From Cyanobacteria bacterium auto_48_18 (lineage in GTDB: Bacteria > Cyanobacteriota > Vampirovibrionia > Obscuribacterales > Obscuribacteraceae): DNA of 64,000 nt. Shown here one piece after another: positions 20,549 to 29,735 of the stretch. The notes beneath the pieces are model-generated. The model was not told where the DNA came from. It searched no databases and worked only from the letters and a program-made list of their open reading frames with translations. A program made the position numbers and the translations under genes. How positions within the stretch are numbered: position 1 is the stretch's first letter; the number at the start of each line of letters is the position of its first letter. The DNA is taken from the NCBI GenBank assembly GCA_036170915.1, contig JAVHQC010000030.1:1-64000 (forward strand). Reading direction: 5' to 3'.

Positions 20549-21557
20549 ACGCGGCCTCCTCAATTTCGAATCTAACACTACCTGTAGTATCGAGACTGGC
20601 CATCACACCAAGTGGCAATGTGATTTTGTCGGCGGTATGACCAAATTTCAAACCAAAAATTACAGGAATGCCAAGCTTACCGAGACGCTCTTTGAGAATG
20701 GCTTCCACAGACATATTAAGGGGCAAAATATTACGCTTGCTACCACCTGGCCTGCAACCGCTGCAGTCACCAATGATGATACCGGCGGCCCGGTCAAATT
20801 TTCCTGCCAAAATTAACTGTGTGAGCATGCGATCAATGTTGTGAGGCTCCTCATCAACATCTTCAAGAAAAACAATCCGTCCTTCGGTTTCGATTTCATA
20901 GTCAGTGCCCATCAGACCACGTATCAGGGTCAGGCAGCCTCCAGTCAGACGACCGCGGCCCTTGCCGGCAGCAATAATCATGCGCCTGGGCGGATATTCT
21001 GAGCCCCACTGCTCAAGCGGAGGATCGCTAACTGGCCCCAGAGGCGAAATGCCCATGATTGCTTTTTTATAATAAGCATGGGTATAGGCGGTCTCAAACA
21101 TCAGCCCCACTGTGGGTCCATGAAAGGTAACCAGGTTCGACTTCTGGTGAATGGCTATGAGCAGTGCTGTGATGTCGCTGAAACCCACAACAATTTTGGG
21201 TTTGCGCTCAAACAGAGAAAAATCAAGCAGCGGCAACAAGCGCGTGGCACCGGCACCACCACGGAGGGGCAAAATTGCTGATACTTGATCATCGTCCCAG
21301 AGCGTTTGTAAATCTTCTGCCCGAGCTTGATCGTCACCGGCATAGCTACTGTAACTTTTGCCGACATGAGCACCAAGTTTAAATTTGATGCCCATTTTTT
21401 GCAGCCAATCAGTGGCAAATGACAAACTGCCGGCTTCGAATGATGGCGATGATGGCGCCACAATTCCAACCGTATCGCCTTTCTTGAGCGCGCTCGGTTT
21501 CGAGATGGTTCTTTGCGGTGGCTTCGACTCACCGTTAGTAGAAATGGCTGACCCCAA
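20517..21557 (-). CDS. ldcA: LD-carboxypeptidase (peptidase S66)
   Basis: RGGAG, GFSDIT, LEDVDE, FGH: intact Ser-Glu-His triad. Confidence 0.9.
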   Translation of the reverse strand: MGSAISTNGESKPPQRTISKPSALKKGDTVGIVAPSSPSFEAGSLSFATDWLQKMGIKFKLGAHVGKSYSSYAGDDQARAEDLQTLWDDDQVSAILPLRGGAGATRLLPLLDFSLFERKPKIVVGFSDITALLIAIHQKSNLVTFHGPTVGLMFETAYTHAYYKKAIMGISPLGPVSDPPLEQWGSEYPPRRMIIAAGKGRGRLTGGCLTLIRGLMGTDYEIETEGRIVFLEDVDEEPHNIDRMLTQLILAGKFDRAAGIIIGDCSGCRPGGSKRNILPLNMSVEAILKERLGKLGIPVIFGLKFGHTADKITLPLGVMASLDTTGSVRFEIEEAACVSKTAILKK

Positions 21558-21713
21558 TGTTAGGTTGCAAAGACTTTCTCGTTGCCCAATTATTTAAGCG
21601 AGATTAATTGTATACCATCTTCAATGTTTACCCTTCCTGAACAGAAGCGTATATGTGGTCACTTTCCTTGCTATATTTGTATGCGTAAATCCTGAGCGGT
21701 CTAAAGTCATACA

Positions 21714-22925
21714 TTGGTTCAAACCCAGATGTCACCAAGCTCCACAGGAGCGCTGGCAGGCAAATTCAACAGTGAACAAATAGGCTGGCTGGAAAAAGCC
21801 AAAGTTTTCGCGCGCGGCATCACCCAAGCAGAAGTGATTGCCAGCGACAAAGAAAACGTCTTTCGCCGTGACCTTTTTGAAAAAGCTTGTAGCCCTGAAT
21901 TTGGTTTAGGCTCCTTGCCTTTTCCCACCACATACGGTGGGTCCGGTGGAGATTATGTTAGCTTCAGTTTAGTTAACGAAGAATTTGGCCGTCGTTGCGT
22001 GCCGATTATGAGTTCTCTTGGTGTGCACGTGCTCAGCCAGGAGCCTATCTATCGCTTTGGTAATGACGAGCAAAAAAACAAATATTTAGTGGCCGCGTCC
22101 AGCGGAAAAATGCTCGCTGCTTTTGGCTTAACAGAGCCCAATGCCGGCTCTGACACTGCCGCTATTGAAACCAGCGCCAAAATTGATGCTGCAGGTAATT
22201 ATGTGCTCAACGGCACCAAAACTTTCATCACCTCTGGTGCCTCAGCTGATTTTTACATCGTCATGGCCAGATTGCTTGATGGCACAGATGGTGCCAAGCC
22301 CGAGTCTGGAAGAAAAAGTGGTCAAATCACTGCTTTTATTGTTGAGCGTAATTTTGCCGGTTTTGCCATTGGCCAAAAGTTCGACATGCTCGGTATGCGC
22401 GGATATTCAACTTGCGAAATTGTGTTCAACGATTGCCTCGTGCCGAAAGAAAATCTACTTGGTGCCCATGGTGAAGGTCGCAAAGTAGCCCTCTCCAGCC
22501 TGGCTAAAGGCAGAGTGACCATAGCCGCTCAGTGCGTCGGCTGGGCTCAAGGAGCTCTGGATGCTTGCCTGGAAAGCTTGCAAAGAAATTATCGCGACGG
22601 AGTAATTAGTGCCGATGCTGGTGGCATGGCGGCAAAATTGGGTGACCTGGCAGTGCAGACTGAAGCCGCCCGTGTACTGACTTTTCAGGCAGCACGTTTA
22701 ATTGATGCTAAAGAGCCCAGCGTTACGGTGGCGGCCATGGCTAAAACAATGGCATCAGACGTGGCAATGAAAGTGTCGACCGAAGCCATGAACATACTTG
22801 GAATGGATGGTCTCAACCCGGATCTGTTGATCGAACGAATTTTCAGAGATGCCAAAGCCGGGCAAATTTATGAAGGCACCAACCAGATACAACGCATGCT
22901 CATTGCCCGAGACCTCCTCAAGTAA
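21714..22925 (+). CDS. Acyl-CoA dehydrogenase
   Basis: FGLTEPNAGSD, LNGTKTFIT, RDAK, IYEGTNQIQR. Confidence 0.93.
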   Translation: MVQTQMSPSSTGALAGKFNSEQIGWLEKAKVFARGITQAEVIASDKENVFRRDLFEKACSPEFGLGSLPFPTTYGGSGGDYVSFSLVNEEFGRRCVPIMSSLGVHVLSQEPIYRFGNDEQKNKYLVAASSGKMLAAFGLTEPNAGSDTAAIETSAKIDAAGNYVLNGTKTFITSGASADFYIVMARLLDGTDGAKPESGRKSGQITAFIVERNFAGFAIGQKFDMLGMRGYSTCEIVFNDCLVPKENLLGAHGEGRKVALSSLAKGRVTIAAQCVGWAQGALDACLESLQRNYRDGVISADAGGMAAKLGDLAVQTEAARVLTFQAARLIDAKEPSVTVAAMAKTMASDVAMKVSTEAMNILGMDGLNPDLLIERIFRDAKAGQIYEGTNQIQRMLIARDLLK

Positions 22926-22933
22926 TTAAAAAA

Positions 22934-23620
22934 ATGCAAGATAACGACGACTTAGAATCATCAGAAAGCAGCACGGCAAGTCAAACTGCCGCGCCTGATC
23001 GTTCTAGTTATTCAACTCGCAGCTCAAGTGGCGACACCGCTAACGGTGCGCAGATAGAATTTGATCCCAACTCTCCGCTAAGTCGTCTTGGCATTGCTCC
23101 AGGAGAACTGCTTACCAACGCCATTCAACGTGTACGCATGGTAATTGGTTTTGTGGGATTGTTTTATACAATCCTGGTTGCAGTAACGGTGGTGCTGGCA
23201 ATTGTTTTGCTCTTGCCAGATTTATTTTGGGCCATGGACCGCAGTTCGCCTATATTAATGAATACGGCTCGAATCTTCATTGCCCTGGTGGCATTTGCAG
23301 CAGGCCTATGTGCTCTGGCGGTTGGCTTAATTCACGTGCGCATCAATGAATCTATGCAAGCAGACGAAATTATGATCGATGATATTCGTGATCAAATTCT
23401 CATTCAACTGCAAGCGGCAAAATATAACTTGGAAGAATTGACTGAGCGGTTCAAGCTTCCCAAAGAAGCGCCGGCAGCAGGGGCCCTTGAATATATGGAA
23501 ATTGCAAAAAGGATCGGGCCACTGGTCAGTTTGCTTCTTAATAAGGAGCGCAGCATTTTGACGCTTGGTGTCGAAGGGCTGAAGTTTTTCCAACTGGTCA
23601 AAAAAGTTCTCAACAAATAA
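22934..23620 (+). CDS. Hypothetical two-TM membrane protein
   Basis: Two hydrophobic helices, tightly packed in an operon. Confidence 0.7.
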   Translation: MQDNDDLESSESSTASQTAAPDRSSYSTRSSSGDTANGAQIEFDPNSPLSRLGIAPGELLTNAIQRVRMVIGFVGLFYTILVAVTVVLAIVLLLPDLFWAMDRSSPILMNTARIFIALVAFAAGLCALAVGLIHVRINESMQADEIMIDDIRDQILIQLQAAKYNLEELTERFKLPKEAPAAGALEYMEIAKRIGPLVSLLLNKERSILTLGVEGLKFFQLVKKVLNK

Positions 23621-23623
23621 GTA

Positions 23624-24613
23624 ATGCTGGAAGCTCAAATTCACGCCACTAATTTCGATTTTGAAGGCTACCTCGATGCGCGCCGCAAGCTTGTAGAAAG
23701 CAAGCTGGCTGAGTACCTGGTAGAGCAAGAGCCAGCCAGGCTCTGGCAAGCTATGCGTTATTCAGTTTTGTCTGGCGGCAAAAGACTTAGGGCCATGCTT
23801 ACCCTGGCAGCAGCAGAAGCTGTGACTGTAAACAATGCCACTACTGGTGCCACTGGTATTAGTGATACTACTGGCAATCTAAGTGAAGAGGCACTGCAGA
23901 TTGCTTTACCCTGTGCCTGCGCTATTGAAATGGTGCACGCCATGAGCCTTGTACACGACGATTTGCCCTGTCTGGACAATGACGATCTGCGGCGCGGCAA
24001 ACCCACCAATCACAAAGTTTACGGCGAAGCGCTGGCGCTTTTAGCAGGTGATGGTTTGCTCATGTTGGCCAATGAAGTATTGATTGAACACACGAGCAAG
24101 TCTGTCGCATCGGCAAATTTACTGGCCGTTGCTCTTGAGTTGAGTAAGGCCACAGGCCCATCAGGGATGGTTGGTGGCCAGGTAAAAGACATGGAGTTCA
24201 CCGGGGCCGCCGAGGATAAATTTGATATTGCTACAGTCGAGTCTATTCATGCCGGAAAAACAGGGGCGTTGATTCGCTTTGCCCTCTGGAGTGGTGGCAA
24301 ACTGATGAATGGCACTGATGAGCAGCTCGCTAGTCTTTATCGCTTTGGTGAAATTCTTGGTCTGGCTTTCCAAATAACAGATGATCTATTAGATGTAACC
24401 GGCGACGTTCAGACCCTGGGTAAAACTCCCGGCAAGGATGAAGCGACAAAAAAAGCTACATGGGTGCGGGCCATTGGTATTGATGGCGCCAGAGCCAAAC
24501 TGAGTGAGATGGAAGCAGAAGGCATAGCGCTGCTTGAGCGCAGCGCCCTTGACAACAAGGATGCCCCTGTTCTGAAAGCCTTACTCAAATATGCTATTCA
24601 TAGAAAAAAATAG
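23624..24613 (+). CDS. crtE: Polyprenyl (FPP/GGPP) synthase
   Basis: GGKRLR, HDDLPCLDNDDLRRGKPT, KTG, FQITDDLLD, GKTPGKD. Confidence 0.9.
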   Translation: MLEAQIHATNFDFEGYLDARRKLVESKLAEYLVEQEPARLWQAMRYSVLSGGKRLRAMLTLAAAEAVTVNNATTGATGISDTTGNLSEEALQIALPCACAIEMVHAMSLVHDDLPCLDNDDLRRGKPTNHKVYGEALALLAGDGLLMLANEVLIEHTSKSVASANLLAVALELSKATGPSGMVGGQVKDMEFTGAAEDKFDIATVESIHAGKTGALIRFALWSGGKLMNGTDEQLASLYRFGEILGLAFQITDDLLDVTGDVQTLGKTPGKDEATKKATWVRAIGIDGARAKLSEMEAEGIALLERSALDNKDAPVLKALLKYAIHRKK

Positions 24614-24624
24614 AGAAAACATCG

Positions 24625-25206
24625 ATGGAATTTTGTTTACCAGATCTGACCAATTTGATTACGCTTGCGCAGAGCAGCGTTGAGCAAGCTCAACAGATCA
24701 CCACGCAACCGGTCAACGTGCAAACCGCGGTGCAAAATATGGAAGGTCGCGGCTGGCAAGTCATTGCTGTAACCGTGATGTCCAGTACTTTTGCGCAAGT
24801 TTTAAAAGTGCTGACCAAACTATTCAAAACCGGCAAACTTGATTTGCGAATGATTGCCACCACTGGTGGCATGCCTTCATCGCACTCATGCTGCACCATG
24901 GGTATGGCTGTCTCTGTAGGCTTGATTGAAGGGTTTAACTCCGTCTCATTTGCTATCGCACTTTGCCTTGCTTTTATCGTCATGTACGACGCCGCAGGCG
25001 TGAGAAGAACGGTTGGCTTGCAAGCCAAGGTGCTCAATCAGATGATGGTTGAGCTATTTTCAGAGCACCCTAAGCTATCTACTGAGCGTATTAAAGAATT
25101 CCTCGGGCATACTCCGGTAGAAGTTTTTGTTGGCGCAATTCTTGGTTGCATCATCGCTTTACTCTTCAACAACCTGGCTATCCATCAACATTGGCATGTA
25201 CCTTAA
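24625..25206 (+). CDS. Divergent PAP2 family protein (DUF212)
   Basis: TGGMPSSHS, MYDAAGVRR, LGHTPVEV. Confidence 0.92.
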   Translation: MEFCLPDLTNLITLAQSSVEQAQQITTQPVNVQTAVQNMEGRGWQVIAVTVMSSTFAQVLKVLTKLFKTGKLDLRMIATTGGMPSSHSCCTMGMAVSVGLIEGFNSVSFAIALCLAFIVMYDAAGVRRTVGLQAKVLNQMMVELFSEHPKLSTERIKEFLGHTPVEVFVGAILGCIIALLFNNLAIHQHWHVP

Positions 25207-25618
25207 GCAGTTGTCATGAGCTTCTTCGTGCACTTGTTATGAAAAGATAGTAATACATGACTACTGCATCATTCTCGTAACTTTGCTCTATAATCAAGGT
25301 CTTGGAAAGGGTTGCCAGGACAAATCGAAGATTCACCCAGTAAGTAATACCGTGTGTTTTTGATAGAGTCCAAGTGCGAGGGCACGGCAAGAGCTTTCTT
25401 GATCGACTTAACGGTCGACAGCTTGATGGCATAAGCCGGAGAGCAGGAAACAATAAAAGAAGCGTTGGTAACTAGATGGCATTGGCCATCACATTCAAAA
25501 TCAAGACTAAGTCTTAAATTCGTACCAGAAGGGTCCAGTTCTTTCAGAAAAGGAGGAAAGGTAGAGAAACTAACCAGGCACTAAAAAGTAATTGGAAAGA
25601 ATCACTGCCATAAGCTAG

Positions 25619-26275
25619 ATGAACACAACGGTCCAGATAACACCAGCACCTGCCAAGACCACTTCGCCCAGGCGCTCGCGCTTTCCTGGCAAAGAGTCCG
25701 GTTCGGTTTCGTTCAACCTGACAGCCCTTGGCCGTCAGTTGCTTAAAGAACAAGCCGCATCCGCCAGCGTTTCGAATGGCGATTACGTAGAAATGCTTAT
25801 TCGTGAACGCGCTGGCTTGGCCCCCTTGAGATTACCCCCTCAAGCCAAACAGACAGGCCCTAAAGGTGGTGCCAAATCGTTCTTCTTTGGTAAGAACCGT
25901 GGAACCACAACAGCCGTTTGCGTAACCCCTATGGCACACCGTTTGCTCGACGAACAAGTCGCTGCATCACGTATGAGCCGTGGAGATTACATCGAATATC
26001 TCTTGCGCGAAAAAGCGGGTCTAATTGAAGAGACCTTCAGAGCTTATGCTGCTCAACAACAAGCCGCCGCTGCAGCAGCCGCTGCCGCTCCTGCTATTGC
26101 ACAAACAGCACAAGTGACTGCTCAACCACAAGTAAACTTCGCTCCTCCTGCCATACAGAACGTACAACCTGTGCCACCGGTACAAACAGTACAACCTGTG
26201 CAACAGCCAGTTGTTGAAGTGACATATGCTCAGCCTGTCATTACACCTGTGACCGACTGGAATTCTGGTAGCTAA
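25619..26275 (+). CDS. Protein with two tandem ribbon-helix-helix-like repeats and an A/Q/P/V-rich tail
   Basis: Internal repeat ...LLKEQAASASVSNGDYVEMLIRERAGL / ...LLDEQVAASRMSRGDYIEYLLREKAGL. Confidence 0.65.
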   Translation: MNTTVQITPAPAKTTSPRRSRFPGKESGSVSFNLTALGRQLLKEQAASASVSNGDYVEMLIRERAGLAPLRLPPQAKQTGPKGGAKSFFFGKNRGTTTAVCVTPMAHRLLDEQVAASRMSRGDYIEYLLREKAGLIEETFRAYAAQQQAAAAAAAAAPAIAQTAQVTAQPQVNFAPPAIQNVQPVPPVQTVQPVQQPVVEVTYAQPVITPVTDWNSGS

Positions 26276-26306
26276 TTTCTGGCCCTGCTAGAAGCTTCCT
26301 CCTTTC

Positions 26307-26335
26307 AATGGAGCCTCATTTCGAGGCTCCATTTT
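26307..26335 (+). terminator. Rho-independent terminator
   Basis: AATGGAGCCTC-atttc-GAGGCTCCATT followed by TT. Confidence 0.8.
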
Positions 26336-26347
26336 GCGTATGAGCTG

Positions 26348-26980
26348 TTAATTGCCAAACAATTCTTGTGCCCCAGACTCGGCTCCCTTGTCCATATTAA
26401 CGTCGGCAAAAGTGCCCACGGTTTTCAGACCCGCCGGAATAGCCAACCAGTCTTTAGGCGGAGTGACTATGCGGCACGACAGCGTCTGCATGGCTACAGT
26501 GACGTTATTGCGAAAACTGGTGTAGCGAAATTCAACCGGCAGCAGTGAACATGACGGCACTCCATAGATCTGCTCTAAAATCACACATGCCTTAGTAGGC
26601 AAATTAAGTTGAGCAGCGTGGTAAACCGCTGAACGTGGATATGAGAGGTTTATCAGCTTTTGCTTTAGCTGGACGACCTGCTGACGCACCCACTGGTCAG
26701 AAGTGGCATACCTTTCGCATTTAAATCCAGATAATTCACTTTGGCCTGTGCGTACTACCGGAGTTAACCATATGCCGGGAATCCCTATGACCGCCAGCGA
26801 GTGCCACTGTTCGTGCACTGGCCGAAAATTCACAGGGGCAGGCCGCCAGATCGCCCCAGACCTAGACGAAAAAGCAACTGCCCGCCAGACGGGCGCCTGG
26901 GCAACAAAGGTAATTCCTGAACGCTTGCAAGCGGCTCTAAGTCCAGTTTTATTGATTAATAGGTCAAATTCGCCAAGAAT
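26348..26980 (-). pseudogene. 3' part of host gene interrupted by the IS6-type transposon
   Basis: Joins in frame to 31318-31485 once the element and one TSD copy are removed (MHHKTL|ILGEFDL). Confidence 0.85.
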
Positions 26981-26988
26981 AAGCGTTT
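26981..26988. repeat. Left 8-bp target-site duplication AAGCGTTT
   Basis: Identical to 31318-31325 and abuts the IR. Confidence 0.95.
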
Positions 26989-27005
26989 GGCTCTGTTGCA
27001 AAAAT
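26989..27005 (+). repeat. Left terminal inverted repeat
   Basis: GGCTCTGTTGCAAAAAT, IS6/IS6100-type end. Confidence 0.95.
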
Positions 27006-27013
27006 CGACAGGC

Positions 27014-27042
27014 TTGACAGGGCTCTACACTTCGATTATTCT
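27014..27042 (+). promoter_or_regulatory. Sigma70 promoter of the ars operon (probably leaderless), with overlapping candidate ArsR operator
   Basis: TTGACA(27014)-17 nt-TATTCT(27037), 6 nt before the ATG. Imperfect dyad TTCGATTATTCTGGAA. Confidence 0.75.
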
Positions 27043-27048
27043 GGAAAT

Positions 27049-27348
27049 ATGAAAACGAACGATGCAGTTAAGGCCCTTGGAGCTTTGGCTCAAGAAGCCC
27101 GCCTGGAAATCTTCCGGTTATTGGTCCGCAAAGGTGCCGATGGAATGGCGGCCGGAGATCTGGCGGCGCATTTCTCGATGCCAGCGCCAACTATGTCCTT
27201 TCACTTGAAAGAGCTTAGCAATGCCGGTCTTATAGCTTCTCGGCGCGAAAGTCGCTCAATTATTTACGCGGCCAACTACGGTCATATGCAAGAGCTATTG
27301 GGCTTCTTGATGGAAAACTGTTGTGCCGACAATGGAGGTAAGTGTTAA
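27049..27348 (+). CDS. arsR: ArsR-family repressor (C-terminal CC type)
   Basis: ALAQEARLEIFRLL, TMSFHLKEL, LMENCC...C. Confidence 0.93.
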   Translation: MKTNDAVKALGALAQEARLEIFRLLVRKGADGMAAGDLAAHFSMPAPTMSFHLKELSNAGLIASRRESRSIIYAANYGHMQELLGFLMENCCADNGGKC

Positions 27349-27821
27349 TGAAAAGATTCCATGTACACGTTGCAGTGGCTGATTTAGCCCAGTCAATCAA
27401 GTTCTATTCCACTTTCTTTGATGTGCCGCCATCGGTCACCAAGGACGACTACGCAAAATGGATGCTCGACGATCCACGCATCAACTTTGCTATCTCAACT
27501 CGCGGTAGAGAGCCAGGGCTCGATCATTTGGGCATCCAGGTTGACGACAGCGACGCGCTCAAACTTATTTCAACCAGATTAAAAGCCGCAGAGCAGCCAA
27601 TTTTGGAACAAGAACAAACCACGTGCTGTTATGCCAAAGCCGATAAAGCCTGGGTTCATGACCCACAAGGTATCGCCTGGGAAAGCTTCTACACAACTGA
27701 TATTGCGACAACCTATGGTGAAGACGCTGATTTTACAACCGAGACAAACTCTGCCTGTTGCGCTCCAATGCCTGAAACGGTGCCAGTTAGCATCAGTTTC
27801 GGAAAGAAGGAATGTACCTAA
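27348..27821 (+). CDS. arsI: ArsI/CadI-family metalloenzyme (VOC fold; ArsI members are C-As lyases)
   Basis: MKRFHVHVAV, LDHLGIQV, CCYAKADKAWVHDPQGIAWESF. Confidence 0.88.
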   Translation: MKRFHVHVAVADLAQSIKFYSTFFDVPPSVTKDDYAKWMLDDPRINFAISTRGREPGLDHLGIQVDDSDALKLISTRLKAAEQPILEQEQTTCCYAKADKAWVHDPQGIAWESFYTTDIATTYGEDADFTTETNSACCAPMPETVPVSISFGKKECT

Positions 27822-28243
27822 TGAAAGTAATTTTTGCTTGCGTCCATAACGCCGGGCGCTCACAAATGGCCGCAGCATTTTTCAACAAGCACGCGGACAA
27901 ATCCAAGGCTCAAGCTGTTTCAGCCGGTACCCAACCCGGCGATAAGGTACATGATTGCGTTTTGCAAGCAATGAAAAAGGTCGACATTGATCTCTCGGGC
28001 GTCAAGCCGCAGCTCTTGACGGATGAACTGGCTGCCGGGGCAGATTTGCTGATAACCATGGGATGTGGCGAAGCCTGCCCTTACGTACCAGGGCTGAAAC
28101 GACAGGATTGGCCATTACCCGATCCAAAAGGCAAAGCTGATGACGAAGTCTGCGAAATTCGCGACGAAATCAGGGCGAGAGTCTTGAGGTTGTTAAACGA
28201 TCTCAATGCGCTTGATTGCTGCGACTTAGAGACCGCAAAATAA
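27821..28243 (+). CDS. arsC: Arsenate reductase (LMW-PTP fold)
   Basis: CVHNAGRSQMA, TMGCGEACP, DWPLPDP. Confidence 0.93.
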   Translation: MKVIFACVHNAGRSQMAAAFFNKHADKSKAQAVSAGTQPGDKVHDCVLQAMKKVDIDLSGVKPQLLTDELAAGADLLITMGCGEACPYVPGLKRQDWPLPDPKGKADDEVCEIRDEIRARVLRLLNDLNALDCCDLETAK

Positions 28244-29319
28244 TGACCGACACGATTATAAAATCAAGCGAACACACTGACAGCAAAATCGGTTTTTTTG
28301 AAAAGTGGCTTACTGTTTGGGTTTTTCTTTGCATTGGCATCGGCATTACTCTTGGTCAAATTGCTCCTGGGCCGTTCAAATTGATAGCCTCTCTCGAAAT
28401 CGCCCGGGTTAACGTACCTGTCGGCATTTTGATTTGGCTGATGATCATTCCGATGCTGCTGAAAATTGATTTTGGCGCATTACATCAGGTCAAACAGCAC
28501 TGGAAAGGGGTACTGGTCACACTATTTATAAACTGGTGCGTTAAGCCATTCTCGATGGCTTTGCTTGCTTACATATTCATCAAAGTTTTGTTTGTGCACT
28601 ACTTGCCTCAAGACCAAATTGATAGCTATGTGGCTGGGCTAATTCTTCTTGCAGCGGCACCCTGTACGGCTATGGTCTTCGTCTGGAGTAATTTGACGGA
28701 CGGAGATCCGTATTTCACTTTGACCCAAGTAGCAGTGAATGATTTGATCATGGTGTTCGCGTTTGCCCCGATAGTGGGGCTTTTGCTTGGTTTGTCATCG
28801 ATCAAAGTGCCATGGGACACGCTGCTAATCTCAGTCGGTCTGTACATAGTAGTTCCGGTAATTCTGGCTCAGGTAGCCAGATATCTACTTCTCAAACAAG
28901 GCCAAAAGACTTTTGATGCTGCGCTCAAAGCCTTGTCGCCGGTCTCATTATCGGCACTATTAGCTACTCTCGTGCTGCTGTTCGCTTTTCAAGGTGAAGC
29001 GATAATCAAACAACCTTTTGTTATAGCCCTGCTTGCTGTGCCGATTTTGATTCAAGTCTATTTCAATTCGGCTCTGGCGTATCTTTTGAATCGTCAGCTA
29101 AAAGTGGCTCACAACGCTGCTTGCCCGTCGGCTCTGATAGGTGCAAGCAACTTTTTTGAGCTTGCAGTAGCAACTGCCATAAGCTTATTTGGGCTTCACT
29201 CGGGTGCTGCTTTGGCTACGGTAGTGGGCGTTCTGATTGAAGTGCCAGTCATGCTATCCGTGGTCAAAATTGTCAATTCGACTAAAGGCTGGTATTCAAA
29301 AGGGTCAACACGTGCATGA
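28243..29319 (+). CDS. acr3: Acr3 arsenite efflux transporter
   Basis: LAAAPCTAMVFVWS, GASNFFELAVA, VGVLIEVPVML. Confidence 0.95.
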   Translation: MTDTIIKSSEHTDSKIGFFEKWLTVWVFLCIGIGITLGQIAPGPFKLIASLEIARVNVPVGILIWLMIIPMLLKIDFGALHQVKQHWKGVLVTLFINWCVKPFSMALLAYIFIKVLFVHYLPQDQIDSYVAGLILLAAAPCTAMVFVWSNLTDGDPYFTLTQVAVNDLIMVFAFAPIVGLLLGLSSIKVPWDTLLISVGLYIVVPVILAQVARYLLLKQGQKTFDAALKALSPVSLSALLATLVLLFAFQGEAIIKQPFVIALLAVPILIQVYFNSALAYLLNRQLKVAHNAACPSALIGASNFFELAVATAISLFGLHSGAALATVVGVLIEVPVMLSVVKIVNSTKGWYSKGSTRA

Positions 29320-29735
29320 TTACTGAAGACGATAAACAATTTCTGGAATCGTTTGAACAATGCTCATTGGGCGGGAAATGCTGGACGCATGCGGCGCACG
29401 TTCGCATCGGTTGGATAATTCTTGAAACGTCAAATAATTTTGACGAAGCCTTGACTCGTCTGAGGTCGGGCATTATGAAGTTCAACTCGACGCAAAACAG
29501 TATCGGCTATCACGAGACAATTACCGTAGCCTTTGCTCGAATCATCGCCTCCAGGCGCAATGCGGGCGGCACGTGGAAGATCTTTTCTGAAGTGCACACG
29601 GACTTGTTTCAAAAGAATTGCTTGGAAGAGTTTTATAGCGCCGAGTCTTTAAAATCGAACGAAGCTCGAAAAAATTTCATTGAGCCTGATCGAGCAAAGC
29701 TGCCGGACATTAGTCACCATCAAGCGATCAGGTAG
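29316..29735 (+). CDS. Hypothetical His-motif protein, last gene of the ars operon
   Basis: ATGA overlap with acr3. WTHAAHVR, YHETIT, FIEPD. Confidence 0.75.
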   Translation: MITEDDKQFLESFEQCSLGGKCWTHAAHVRIGWIILETSNNFDEALTRLRSGIMKFNSTQNSIGYHETITVAFARIIASRRNAGGTWKIFSEVHTDLFQKNCLEEFYSAESLKSNEARKNFIEPDRAKLPDISHHQAIR

